DNA from: Hydrurus foetidus
Taxonomy: Eukaryota
Assembly: GCA_900617105.1 (NCBI GenBank)
Contig: UYFQ01000001.1
Location: 1-64,000 of the forward strand
DNA: 64,000 bases
Direction: 5' to 3'
Shown here in pieces: positions 20,774 through 30,235 of the stretch. Within the stretch, counting starts at the first letter, position 1. Every line of letters begins with the position of its first letter. Under the pieces are notes generated by a model. It searched no databases, was not told the origin of the DNA, and worked only from the letters and a program-made list of their open reading frames with translations. The position numbers and the translations under genes were made by a program.

Positions 20774-20791
20774 GGCGAATTTTTATTCGCC
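20774..20791. promoter_or_regulatory. Putative TetR operator (autoregulation)
   Basis: Palindrome GGCGAAT-TTTT-ATTCGCC just upstream of the tetR start. Confidence 0.65.
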
Positions 20792-20823
20792 ATAAATACT
20801 TGTGTGGAATTTGGCAGTTGGGC

Positions 20824-21234
20824 TTACCGCAGTCCGCCACCAGCGCCTTCCAGAGGCCGCTGAATCAGCTCAATCTTGTACCCGTCCGGATCTGCCACAA
20901 ACGCGATCACCGTGGTGCCGCCTTTCACGGGCCCGGCTTCCCGTGTGACCACGCCGCCCGCCGCCTTGATCTTGTCGCAAGCCGCAGCCACATCGGGCAC
21001 GCCCAGTGCGATGTGGCCGTAGGCGGTGCCCAGGTCGTAGCTTTCCACGCCGTAGTTGTACGTCAATTCCAACTCCGCATGGTCGGGGTTGTTGCCGTAG
21101 CCCACGAAAGCGAGCGTGTACTTGTATTCGGGGTTGTCCGAGGTGCGCAGCAGCTTCATGTCCAGAATTTGGGTGTAGAAGTCGATGGCGCGTTGAAGAT
21201 TGCCAACGCGCAGCATGGTATGGAGGATTCTCAT
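20824..21234 (-). CDS. gloA: Lactoylglutathione lyase (glyoxalase I)
   Basis: [38 protein letters not shown]. Confidence 0.96.
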   Translation of the reverse strand: MRILHTMLRVGNLQRAIDFYTQILDMKLLRTSDNPEYKYTLAFVGYGNNPDHAELELTYNYGVESYDLGTAYGHIALGVPDVAAACDKIKAAGGVVTREAGPVKGGTTVIAFVADPDGYKIELIQRPLEGAGGGLR

Positions 21235-21291
21235 GGGGTAAATGCCCGGGTGAAGTGGGGTTGAAGTACAGGTGAGTAGGGTGGACTGCAT

Positions 21292-21364
21292 ATTTGACCT
21301 CAAACACCAAGCAGGTCGTCGTTGAGAGGGCGTACAGCCTGCCTTCTGGTCGGACGATGCAGGC
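21292..21364 (-). pseudogene. Orphan degenerate 3' end of the PaaI thioesterase gene
   Basis: 21298-21364 matches 25948-26014 at 58/67 nt (first 25 identical). It reads [22 protein letters not shown] versus [25 protein letters not shown]. Confidence 0.85.
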
Positions 21365-21437
21365 ATTTAAGACTTGGTTAAAAGAGGAAATGGCAGCGTC
21401 TGAGGTGCACAATGAAAGTCATTTGATTCCCATCCCT

Positions 21438-22667
21438 ATGAGCACCACCCCCGCTGATCCCAGCCTGATTGATTCCCGCTACGCGGCCATGCGTCTGCTC
21501 ACCACCCTTGGTTTGGTGACTTTGGGCAACAGCAGCATGTATGTGGTGTCTGTTGTTTTACCCACAGTGCAAGCCGAATTTGGCGTAAGCCGCGCCAATG
21601 CATCGCTGCCCTACACCATGATGATGATTTGTTTGGGTCTGGGTGGCCTGTTCACTGGCCGGTGGGCAGACCGTTACGGCATCACCCGCGTGTTGGGCAT
21701 TGGCGCTGTGGCGGTGTGTGGCGGTTTTATTTGGGCGGGTATGTCAGGCAGCATCTGGACATTTGGTTTGGCGCATGGCCTGCTGCTTGGTTTTTTGGGC
21801 AGCTCGGCCACCTTTGCCCCGCTGATAGCGGACACCGCGCTGTGGTGGAACAAGCGGCGCGGCGTAGCTGTGGCGATTTGTGCCAGCGGCAATTACGTGG
21901 CGGGCACGATCTGGCCACCTTTGGCGCAGTGGGGGGTCGAGACGATTGGCTGGCGGCAGACCTATGTGCTTTTAGGCTTGGTGTGCGGCCTGGGCATGGC
22001 GCTGCTGTCCCTGCGCATGCGCCAACGCCCACCCTTGGTACAGGCAAATCCGGCGGGCCATTTATCCCTTGCGCAGAGCGATCAAAAGCCATTTGGCTTG
22101 GGTTTGACACATGCCCAAGTCTTGCTGTGTGTGGCCGGTGTGGCCTGCTGTGTGGCCATGTCCATGCCGCAAGTACACATCGTGGCCTATTGTTCTGATC
22201 TGGGTTACGGGGCAGCACAGGGCGCAAAAATGTTGTCGCTGATGCTGGCTTGCGGCATAGCAAGCCGCTTGGTGTCGGGCATGATTTGCGACCGCATTGG
22301 CGGTATCCGTACCCTGCTGCTGGGCTCTGGCTTGCAAGGCATTGCCTTGCTGCTTTTTTTGCCCTTTGACGGCCTGGTGCCGCTGTATGTCGTGTCCGCC
22401 TTGTTTGGCTTGTTTCAGGGGGGCATTGTGCCGTCTTACGCCATCATTGTGCGTGAACACTTTCCGCCGCAAGAGGCGGGGGCCCGCGTAGGCGCGGTCA
22501 TCATGGCAACACTTTTTGGCATGGCTTTGGGGGGCTGGATGTCGGGCTGGGTGTTTGACATGACAGGCAGCTACCACGCTGCCTTTATCAACGGCATTGC
22601 CTTCAATCTGCTGAACTTGAGCATTGCCAGCTGGCTGTATTTCCGAATTCGCCGACCCATCGGTTAG
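21438..22667 (+). CDS. MFS transporter
   Basis: About 12 hydrophobic segments; motif A GRWADRYG and GMICDRIG. Confidence 0.92.
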   Translation: MSTTPADPSLIDSRYAAMRLLTTLGLVTLGNSSMYVVSVVLPTVQAEFGVSRANASLPYTMMMICLGLGGLFTGRWADRYGITRVLGIGAVAVCGGFIWAGMSGSIWTFGLAHGLLLGFLGSSATFAPLIADTALWWNKRRGVAVAICASGNYVAGTIWPPLAQWGVETIGWRQTYVLLGLVCGLGMALLSLRMRQRPPLVQANPAGHLSLAQSDQKPFGLGLTHAQVLLCVAGVACCVAMSMPQVHIVAYCSDLGYGAAQGAKMLSLMLACGIASRLVSGMICDRIGGIRTLLLGSGLQGIALLLFLPFDGLVPLYVVSALFGLFQGGIVPSYAIIVREHFPPQEAGARVGAVIMATLFGMALGGWMSGWVFDMTGSYHAAFINGIAFNLLNLSIASWLYFRIRRPIG

Positions 22668-22760
22668 TGAATTCGGGTAAAAGACAAATCCACCCGTCAG
22701 AAGCGACTGCAGTTTGAGCTGCAACGCATGGGCGCGCCTCCGATGCATGGCGTGGCGGGC

Positions 22761-24212
22761 CTAAAGTACCGTCCCCAAGCGCTGGGCGGCTTGGCGCAAG
22801 GTTGCGGTGTCATAGCCCGCATAACCAAACAGCCAACCGCGTCGCTTGGAACTGATGGCGTAGCGCGACAACGGCGCGAGAAAGACACCGGCTTGCTGTG
22901 CCCGCGCAGACAGGGCCATGTCGTCCTGCCCAAGCGGTAGCTCGTACAACAAGTGCATGCCCTGGGCGCTGGGCTGCAACATCAATTTTCCTCGGCTGGC
23001 CTGTGCCAGAGCCTCAATCAACACCGCCTGACGCTGCGGGTACAGCTCGCGCATGCGGCGCAGGTGGCGTAGCAGATGCCCCTCAGTGATGAAGCGCGCC
23101 AGCACGCGCTGAGCGTCGCCGGGCGGGTGCCTGTCCGTCAGCGCGCGGGCCATGGCAAAGGCCGGTGCCAAGGCCAGTGGCAGCACCACAAACCCCATGC
23201 GCAGACCGGGATGCAGGGTTTTGGAAAACGTACCCACGTACAAGACCCGATGTGCATTGGGCAGGCTGCACAGGGCGGGCAGGCGGTGGGGGCCGTACTG
23301 GAACTCGCCGTCGTAGTCGTCCTCAACCACCCAGCCCTGGTTGGCCGTGGCCCAATCTAGCAGGGCCAGTCGGCGCGGCAGGCTCATGCGCACGCCACTG
23401 GGGAATTGGTGCGTGGGTGTCACCACGGCCAGCTTGGCGCTAGGCCACCGCTGCTGACCGTGTGCGATGTCCATGCCTTGCTCATCCAGCGGCAGCGCGC
23501 GCACCGTCACACCGTGGCCAACCAAGCTGGCCCGAATGCCGGGGTAACCAGGGTCTTCCACCCAAGCCTCATCACCCACGTCCAATAACAAGCGGGCGAT
23601 CAGGTCAATGGCTTGTTGTGAGCCCGAGCACAGCACCACCTGCGCCGCCTCGCAACGAATACCGCGTGACACCCAGACCCATTGCGCGATCGCCTCGCGC
23701 AGTTGCATGCTGCCAGCGGGATCAAGATACTGTGCGGCCTCCACCCGTTGCGCCAGGGTCGCTTGACGGGCCAAGCGGTCCCACAGATCAAACGGAAAGC
23801 TGGCAACTTCGGGTGCACCAATGCGAAACGGCAGGGCGGCCTGCACAGGCGGACGCCAACGCAAGGCCGTATCCGTCATCAAACGGCCTCGCGACGACAA
23901 GCCGGATACAAGATGTGCCTGTAGCGGCGCAGACCGCACAGGGGTAACCGACGCGGGAAGACCGGTCACCAAGTCGGCCACGTAGCTGCCATCTCCCACC
24001 CGCGCCAGCACATAGCCCTCGGCCTGCAGGCGCTCTAGCGCCCACAGCACGGTGTTGCGTGACACCGTCAGCGATTTCGCTAACTCACGCGAAGCCGGCA
24101 GGCGCGAACCGGGCTGAAAACTACCCTGCTCGATGGCGCGGCGCAGTTGCAGATAAACGGTTTGCCGCAGTGTTTCGCGCTTAGGCTGCCCTTCATTGGC
24201 TCTTTTTGGCAT
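22761..24212 (-). CDS. MocR/GabR-family regulator (GntR HTH plus PLP aminotransferase fold)
   Basis: GSRLPASRELA..VSRNTV, VEDPGY, TPTHQFPSG, VEDDYDGEF, GTFSKTLHPGLRMG. Confidence 0.93.
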   Translation of the reverse strand: MPKRANEGQPKRETLRQTVYLQLRRAIEQGSFQPGSRLPASRELAKSLTVSRNTVLWALERLQAEGYVLARVGDGSYVADLVTGLPASVTPVRSAPLQAHLVSGLSSRGRLMTDTALRWRPPVQAALPFRIGAPEVASFPFDLWDRLARQATLAQRVEAAQYLDPAGSMQLREAIAQWVWVSRGIRCEAAQVVLCSGSQQAIDLIARLLLDVGDEAWVEDPGYPGIRASLVGHGVTVRALPLDEQGMDIAHGQQRWPSAKLAVVTPTHQFPSGVRMSLPRRLALLDWATANQGWVVEDDYDGEFQYGPHRLPALCSLPNAHRVLYVGTFSKTLHPGLRMGFVVLPLALAPAFAMARALTDRHPPGDAQRVLARFITEGHLLRHLRRMRELYPQRQAVLIEALAQASRGKLMLQPSAQGMHLLYELPLGQDDMALSARAQQAGVFLAPLSRYAISSKRRGWLFGYAGYDTATLRQAAQRLGTVL

Positions 24213-24275
24213 GACAAATTGGCCCTCTGCTTTTAGAAATTTATTCTTAAACTGAAGAACCATTTTAGGAACAAC

Positions 24276-24764
24276 ATGGCGCAACACACCAGCATCATTA
24301 CGTGGGCACGTGAACCCACCCAGCCCTTTGTGAACCATCGCTACAGCCGCGCCCACCGCTGGCAGTTCGACGGCGGCACCACCGTGGCGGCGTCCAGCTC
24401 GCCTCACGTTGTGCCACTGCCCTATTCCGATCCGGCCGGGGTGGACCCGGAAGAGGCTTTTGTCGCCGCCTTGTCGAGCTGCCACATGCTGTGGTTTCTG
24501 GACTTCGCGGCCCGCGCGGGGCACGTGGTGGACAGCTACCGCGACGAGGCCGTGGGCATCATGGCGCGCAATGACCAAGGTCAGCAGGCCGTGGCCCGCG
24601 TCACGCTGCACCCGCAGGTGCAGTTTGCGCCAGATCGTGGCCCCAACGCCGAGGCCCACGTGGCCCTGCACCACAGCGCCCACGAGGCTTGCTTCATTGC
24701 CAACTCGGTGAAGACCGAGGTCCTTTGCGAACCCCGCCAAACTTTCACATTAAGCACACCATGA
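24276..24764 (+). CDS. OsmC-family protein
   Basis: YSRAHRWQFDGG, DPEEAFVAALSSCHML, AHEACFIANSV. Confidence 0.9.
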   Translation: MAQHTSIITWAREPTQPFVNHRYSRAHRWQFDGGTTVAASSSPHVVPLPYSDPAGVDPEEAFVAALSSCHMLWFLDFAARAGHVVDSYRDEAVGIMARNDQGQQAVARVTLHPQVQFAPDRGPNAEAHVALHHSAHEACFIANSVKTEVLCEPRQTFTLSTP

Positions 24765-25399
24765 CCTATCTCCCCAGCCACTTTGAAGAGACCCGTCCGC
24801 ATGTCATGCACGCCCTGGTCGCCGAACACCCACTGGCCACCTGGGTGGTGCAGAGCCAGGGCGAATTGTTGATCAATCACATCCCCTTCTTGCTCGACCC
24901 CGAGCGTGGCGAACACGGCACCCTGATCGGCCACGTCGCGCGCGCCAACCCGGTGTGGAAGGCACTGAACACCAGCGCCAGTGTGCTGGTGTTTCATGGC
25001 GTGCAGGCCTATATCTCGCCCAATTGGTACCCCAGCAAGCACGCCAATGGCAAGGCCGTTCCAACCTGGAACTACGCCGTGGTGCACGCCCATGGGGTGG
25101 CACAAGCTTTTGAGGACAGAGAGCGCTTGTTGACACTGGTCACGCGTTTGACCCAACGCCACGAAGCAAACCAGGCCGTGCCCTGGGCTGTGACCGACGC
25201 ACCCACCGACTACATCAATGCCATGCTGAACGCCATCGTTGGCATTGAGATACCGGTGCAGCACTGGGAGGCCAAGTTCAAGGTGAGCCAAAACCAACCG
25301 GCCACCAATCGGCTGGGTGCTGTCGCGGGTTTAACCGCGCAAGACAGCCAGTCAGCCCGTGCCATGGCCCAACTGATAAACACGCAAACACCCCTATGA
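24761..25399 (+). CDS. PaiB-like FMN-binding protein
   Basis: YLPSHFEE, GHVARANP, AYISPNWYPSK, VPTWNYAVVH, KFKVSQN. Confidence 0.9.
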   Translation: MTYLPSHFEETRPHVMHALVAEHPLATWVVQSQGELLINHIPFLLDPERGEHGTLIGHVARANPVWKALNTSASVLVFHGVQAYISPNWYPSKHANGKAVPTWNYAVVHAHGVAQAFEDRERLLTLVTRLTQRHEANQAVPWAVTDAPTDYINAMLNAIVGIEIPVQHWEAKFKVSQNQPATNRLGAVAGLTAQDSQSARAMAQLINTQTPL

Positions 25400-25857
25400 A
25401 TACCCCAACACATGCCTCCACCCTGACCATTGCCCGCTTGCAACCCCAGGACTATGCCGCCTGGCAGTCCCTGGCCCAGGCCTACAAAACCTTTTACGAA
25501 ACCGAGCTACCTGATAGCGCCTACCAAGCCACCTGGCAACGTCTGCAAGAGGGGCATGAAATTTTTGCCTGGGGGGCCTGGCTGGACGGGCGACTGGTGG
25601 GCATCACCCACTATCTGTTTCACGTCAGCATTTGGACCGCCGATATTTGCTACTTGCAAGACCTGTTTGTCGATGAATCCGTACGTGGCCAAGGCGTAGC
25701 CCAGGCCCTGATCGAGCGCGTGGCACAAGTTTGCAAGGAGTGCGCCAGCCCTCGCCTGTACTGGGGCACGCACCACACCAACGTCCGTGCCCGGCGCCTG
25801 TATGACCGGGTGGGTAAGCACCATGGTTTCATCCTTTACAACTGCGCGTTGAACTGA
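25396..25857 (+). CDS. GNAT-family N-acetyltransferase
   Basis: CYLQDLFVDESVRGQGVAQAL, NVRARRLYD. Confidence 0.9.
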   Translation: MNTPTHASTLTIARLQPQDYAAWQSLAQAYKTFYETELPDSAYQATWQRLQEGHEIFAWGAWLDGRLVGITHYLFHVSIWTADICYLQDLFVDESVRGQGVAQALIERVAQVCKECASPRLYWGTHHTNVRARRLYDRVGKHHGFILYNCALN

Positions 25858-25930
25858 ACGCGCAACGCGATCAAAGGCCGATGAATGGAGCGCCTGCCAT
25901 CCTCTTCAATTCTTCTCCTTTGGCGTCAAC

Positions 25931-26506
25931 TTACTTGACAAACACCGCCTCAAACACCAAGCAGGTCGTCGTGGCGTGAGCGTACAGCTTGCCATCTGGC
26001 CCGACGATGCGGGCTTCGGCCGTGGCCATTTGGCGGCCACAGTGGATCACGGTGCCGATGGCACGCAGTGGGCCGGTTTTGAAGGACGCGGCACGCACGA
26101 TGTTCACCCCTAATTCTGCCGTGGTGTAGGCCCGGCCTACGGGCATCATGGTATGTACGGCGCAGCCCAGCGCCGAGTCGAGCAGCGTGGCGTACCAGCC
26201 GCCATGCACGGTGCCCAACGGGTTGTAGTGCTTGAGCTGGGGTGTGCCTTGAAACACCGCTCGGCCAGCGCCCACTTCCACCAGCGAAAAATCCAACGTA
26301 TCCGCGATGTGAGGGTAGGGCACCTCGCCTGCCAACATGGCTTGCATCACTTGCAGGCCAGTTTTACCGTGGATCTGCTCAGGCCGTGCGAGGCCTGCCG
26401 CGCCGCCGCCAGCGGTCATGCGGGCGACGACCTCATCGCGCTGGGCGATCCACAGGGCTTGGGTTTGTTCCGTGGTCAAGGCGGTGTTTGATGTGGATGA
26501 CGGCAT
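25931..26506 (-). CDS. PaaI-family thioesterase
   Basis: NPLGTVHGGWYATLLDSALGCA hotdog-fold motif. Confidence 0.92.
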   Translation of the reverse strand: MPSSTSNTALTTEQTQALWIAQRDEVVARMTAGGGAAGLARPEQIHGKTGLQVMQAMLAGEVPYPHIADTLDFSLVEVGAGRAVFQGTPQLKHYNPLGTVHGGWYATLLDSALGCAVHTMMPVGRAYTTAELGVNIVRAASFKTGPLRAIGTVIHCGRQMATAEARIVGPDGKLYAHATTTCLVFEAVFVK

Positions 26507-26533
26507 GTTGTGTGCTCGGTTGAAAGGTATAAA

Positions 26534-26564
26534 AATTGCAGATACAACAATTGTAGCTACAATT
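26534..26564. promoter_or_regulatory. Putative MarR operators between divergent paaI-like and marR genes
   Basis: Perfect 16 bp palindrome AATTGTAGCTACAATT (26549-26564) preceded by degenerate AATTGCAGATACAAC. Confidence 0.75.
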
Positions 26565-26570
26565 AAAATA

Positions 26571-27053
26571 ATGGAAACACACTTGCCTTCACATTCACCC
26601 TTGCCTGAGCCGGTATTGCAGGGCTGCACCAACTTCAAATTGCGCCAGCTGATGCGCCGTGTGGCCCAGCATTACGACGACGAAGTGCGCCAAACGGGGC
26701 TGAAAACCACGCAGTATTCGCTGCTGTCGCATGTGCTGCACCTAGGGCCGGTACGCCCGAGCGACTTGGCTGCGGCCATGACGCTCGACGCCTCCACGCT
26801 GACACGCAACATGAAACCGTTGGTGGTGGCCGGGTGGTTGGCCATCAACGAAGGCTGCGATGGCCGCAGCCGCACGGTCACGCTGACGGACACGGGACGC
26901 CAAAAGCGCGCTGAAGTTCAGCAGCACTGGAAGGTCGCCCAACTGCGCCTGAACGACGCTCTGGGCGTGCAGCGTGTGGCTGCGCTCCATGCCTTGATTG
27001 ACGAATCCCTGGGGCTGCTGTCCCCACACCTTGAAGGAGACATTGATGCCTGA
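26571..27053 (+). CDS. MarR-family regulator
   Basis: GCTNFKLRQLMR, TQYSLL, LDASTLTRNMKPL, DGRSR..LTDTG. Confidence 0.9.
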   Translation: METHLPSHSPLPEPVLQGCTNFKLRQLMRRVAQHYDDEVRQTGLKTTQYSLLSHVLHLGPVRPSDLAAAMTLDASTLTRNMKPLVVAGWLAINEGCDGRSRTVTLTDTGRQKRAEVQQHWKVAQLRLNDALGVQRVAALHALIDESLGLLSPHLEGDIDA

Positions 27054-27201
27054 CCTCACCACGAACCCCACCCCCAAACCAACCGCTACCCCGCCTAAAT
27101 CCATCGCCGTCTGGCTGGTATTTTTGACCGCTGTCTTGGTGGCGGTGGGCATCTTCATCACACCGCTGCTGCCGAGCCGGGTAGCGCAGGCGGTGAAGTA
27201 A
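27046..27201 (+). CDS. Small hydrophobic protein (51 aa), possibly a deletion remnant
   Basis: RBS GAAGGAG; overlaps the marR stop; single TM segment. Confidence 0.45.
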   Translation: MPDLTTNPTPKPTATPPKSIAVWLVFLTAVLVAVGIFITPLLPSRVAQAVK

Positions 27202-27234
27202 ACCTGCACTGCAATCTGCGCCACAATCTCGCCC

Positions 27235-28788
27235 ATGACCCGCAAGAAACTCCCCATCGGCATCCAGACCTTCCGTGAAATACGCGAAGACAACTGCTAT
27301 TACGTCGATAAAACCGGCTACGCCCTCAAAATGGCGACCGAGGGGAAGAGCTTTTTTCTCTCGCGCCCGCGCCGCTTTGGCAAGAGTTTGTTTTTAGACA
27401 CCCTAGGCGAGCTGTTTGCGGGCAGCGAGGCTTTGTTTCAAGGCTTGCACGTCCATGACAAATGGGACTGGTCACGCAAAGCCCCGGTGGTTCGCATCAG
27501 CTTTGCGGAGGGCACGCTGCACAGCCGGGCGACATTGGACGAGCGGATTTGGGGCATCTTGAAAGAAAACCGAGAAACACTGGGGCTGAGTTTGACTTCT
27601 TCCCCTGGCATTCCCACTGCGTTTTCAGAGCTGCTGCGCGAAGCCCACGCCGCCACTGGCGAGCGCGTGGTGGTGCTGGTAGACGAGTACGACAAACCCA
27701 TTTTGGACAACATCGACGACCCGCTCACCGCTGCCGTGATGCGAGATGGTCTGCGAAACTTCTATTCGGTCATCAAAGGTGCCGACGCGCACATCCGGTT
27801 CACGATGATTACCGGGGTCTCTAAATTCAGCAAAGTAAGCCTGTTCTCTGGGTTGAACCACCTCAACGACATCACGTTGGATGCCAAATACTCAGCTGTT
27901 TGCGGCTACACCGATGCCGATGTGGACACTGTGTTTGCACCTGAGTTAACGGGGTTGGATCGCAATGAAATTCGCCACTGGTACAACGGCTACAACTGGA
28001 CAGGTACGCCCGTTTACAACCCGTTTGATTTGCTCCTTTTGTTGGATAAACGCGAATTCAAAGCCTACTGGTTCGAGACCGGCACACCCGATTTTTTGGT
28101 CAACTTGCTCGCCAGCCGCCAAACCTGGGTGCCCGAGTTAGGCCGCATGGAAACCGATTCCAACATCCTCAGCACGTTCGAGGTGGACAACATCACCACC
28201 GAAGCACTGATGTTCCAAGCCGGGTACTTAACGATTGAATCGGTAGAGCGCAAATTCGGCGAGTACTGGTACAAGCTGCGCTACCCCAACCATGAGGTCT
28301 ACCAAAGTCTGCACAACAGCCTGCTGAAAACTTGGAGCCCCGCCCACAGCCCTACAGTGCGCAATAAGCTACAGCTAGGGGAGTTGCTGACCGTGAATGA
28401 CTTTGCCGGGATGCATGTGCTGTTCACCAGCTTCTTCGCCAGCATCCCGCACGATTGGTACAGGAACAACCCCATCGCCCAGTACGAGGGCTATTACGCC
28501 AGCGTCTTTTACGCTTACTTTGCCGCCTTGGGCCTTGACATTACGTTGGAAGATGCCACCAACCACGGGCGGTTGGACATGGCGATCAAGTTCAGCGAGC
28601 AGGTCTACCTGTTTGAGTTCAAAGTCGTCGAATTTCAGCCCAACGGACGCGCGATGCAGCAGCTCAAAGACCGCGCCTATGCAGACAAATACAAGGCACT
28701 GCGCCAGCCAATACACCTCATCGGTGTCGAGTTCAGCAAAGACGCCCGCAGCGTGGTGGGGTTTGAGGTCGAAACCCTCGCACCTTGA
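27235..28788 (+). CDS. AAA-ATPase-like protein with C-terminal PD-(D/E)XK nuclease domain
   Basis: LPIGIQTF..YYVDKT..SRPRRFGKS, LVDEYDKP, WYNGY, GRLDM..LFEFK..AMQQLK..Y. Confidence 0.92.
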   Translation: MTRKKLPIGIQTFREIREDNCYYVDKTGYALKMATEGKSFFLSRPRRFGKSLFLDTLGELFAGSEALFQGLHVHDKWDWSRKAPVVRISFAEGTLHSRATLDERIWGILKENRETLGLSLTSSPGIPTAFSELLREAHAATGERVVVLVDEYDKPILDNIDDPLTAAVMRDGLRNFYSVIKGADAHIRFTMITGVSKFSKVSLFSGLNHLNDITLDAKYSAVCGYTDADVDTVFAPELTGLDRNEIRHWYNGYNWTGTPVYNPFDLLLLLDKREFKAYWFETGTPDFLVNLLASRQTWVPELGRMETDSNILSTFEVDNITTEALMFQAGYLTIESVERKFGEYWYKLRYPNHEVYQSLHNSLLKTWSPAHSPTVRNKLQLGELLTVNDFAGMHVLFTSFFASIPHDWYRNNPIAQYEGYYASVFYAYFAALGLDITLEDATNHGRLDMAIKFSEQVYLFEFKVVEFQPNGRAMQQLKDRAYADKYKALRQPIHLIGVEFSKDARSVVGFEVETLAP

Positions 28789-28853
28789 TCTCGTTTGCAC
28801 CCTGCTGCATTGGTCTGGCGTTTGACGAGTACGGTGTCGTTGAATCTTCGCAA

Positions 28854-30053
28854 TCAGCTTTGAGGTTTTACACTTTCGAGAAGGCCGTACTTCTTCATCA
28901 ATTGCGCTCTTTTTCCAGGCGCAAAGTTGATCCGCGTAGGATCACCTTGAACGGCAGCAATCAGTCGCTTATCCATGACTGCAAACCATGCAAAAGGCAG
29001 GTAAGTCAGAGGAAACATGCCAGGATAACCACTGGGGAGTTGGGGCACTTCATCAAAATGGCGGAGCGATTGAAAACGCCTTAAAGGGTGAGCATGGTGG
29101 TCAGAATGACGCTGCAAATGAAACGTAGCCCAGTTTGAAAACACATGGTTGCTATTCCAGGAGTGTTGAGGCTTACATGTCTCATAACGACCGTTGGCAT
29201 CTTTATGCCGCAGCAGGCCATAGTGCTCAATATAGTTAGCAGACGTGAGTTGAAAGTTAGACCACAAGGCTACAGGCAGCAGGAAAAACAGAACCTGCGG
29301 CCCTAACCACAAAGACAAACCACCCCACAGAGCCAATGTCATCACCGCAGGCTGAATGATTTCATTGTGTAATGACCAAAACGGTTGCTTATCAATGAAC
29401 ATACGGTTACGTTCAAGCGCCCAAGCTCGAAAAAACGCGCCGGGCATCTCGCGCAGAACAAAATGCCATATTGACTCACCCATGCGCGAAGAGGCAGGGT
29501 CTTCGGGTGTAGCCACATCCCGATGGTGACCACGGTTGTGCTCAACGGTGAAATGACCATAAAAAGTGGGGGCCAAAATTAACTTGGCAAGCCACTTCTC
29601 CACAAGTGTCCGCTTATGGCCAAGCTCGTGCCCCAGGTTGATACAAAAGCTACCGACGAAACCTGTAGACAAGATAAGCCCAAGTTGCTCTGCCCACGCC
29701 AACGCATGAGTCTGGCTGAACCAAGCTGCATAAATGATGGCCCCCCAAAGCAGTGGCAGCAGCATAAAGGTAACCCAGCGGTAATATCGATCAGCATCCA
29801 AAGCGGGAACTGCCGATTCTGGGTGGTTGTTGGTGTCAACGCCCAGGGCGAGATCGAGCAAAGGAACCGCCAAGTAAAAAATAAAAACGGGTACCCACAG
29901 CATCAGTGCCACAGGGTTCCACAACCAGAGCAGCGGGCCTGCTGCGACAGATGAAGGAACAAGCAAGGAGAACATCCACGTCACCCGTTTGCGATCTCGA
30001 TAGGGTTCTGTCTGTTGGGATGGGGGATGATCAAGGTGCGGCGCAGGGTGCAT
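28854..30053 (-). CDS. alkB: Alkane 1-monooxygenase
   Basis: Histidine boxes HELGHK, EHNRGHH, NYIEHYG, LQRHSDHHA. Confidence 0.93.
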   Translation of the reverse strand: MHPAPHLDHPPSQQTEPYRDRKRVTWMFSLLVPSSVAAGPLLWLWNPVALMLWVPVFIFYLAVPLLDLALGVDTNNHPESAVPALDADRYYRWVTFMLLPLLWGAIIYAAWFSQTHALAWAEQLGLILSTGFVGSFCINLGHELGHKRTLVEKWLAKLILAPTFYGHFTVEHNRGHHRDVATPEDPASSRMGESIWHFVLREMPGAFFRAWALERNRMFIDKQPFWSLHNEIIQPAVMTLALWGGLSLWLGPQVLFFLLPVALWSNFQLTSANYIEHYGLLRHKDANGRYETCKPQHSWNSNHVFSNWATFHLQRHSDHHAHPLRRFQSLRHFDEVPQLPSGYPGMFPLTYLPFAWFAVMDKRLIAAVQGDPTRINFAPGKRAQLMKKYGLLESVKPQS

Positions 30054-30235
30054 ACGGTGTCCTATTTGATGGTTAAGCCAACACAGGGCTTGTGCTGTTT
30101 AGACTTGCGAGTGTGAATTCGGCTGCATCAATCAAACACCGTTAGTTTTGCCACTAAATCGTCTTAATATGACAATCGGTTTCTAATTGCACGGACTCAA
30201 GGGAAAACACCAAGTCCCACAACAACCATCCTCCC

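Noticed and set aside
24213..24740. 659 aa version of the MocR ORF
   Set aside because: The extension overlaps osmC on the opposite strand; the GntR HTH begins after Met 24212.
21298..26014. Diversity-generating retroelement TR/VR pair (intergenic copy of a gene 3' end)
   Set aside because: The nine mismatches are not confined to adenines on either strand and no reverse transcriptase is in the window; an integration or duplication scar fits better.
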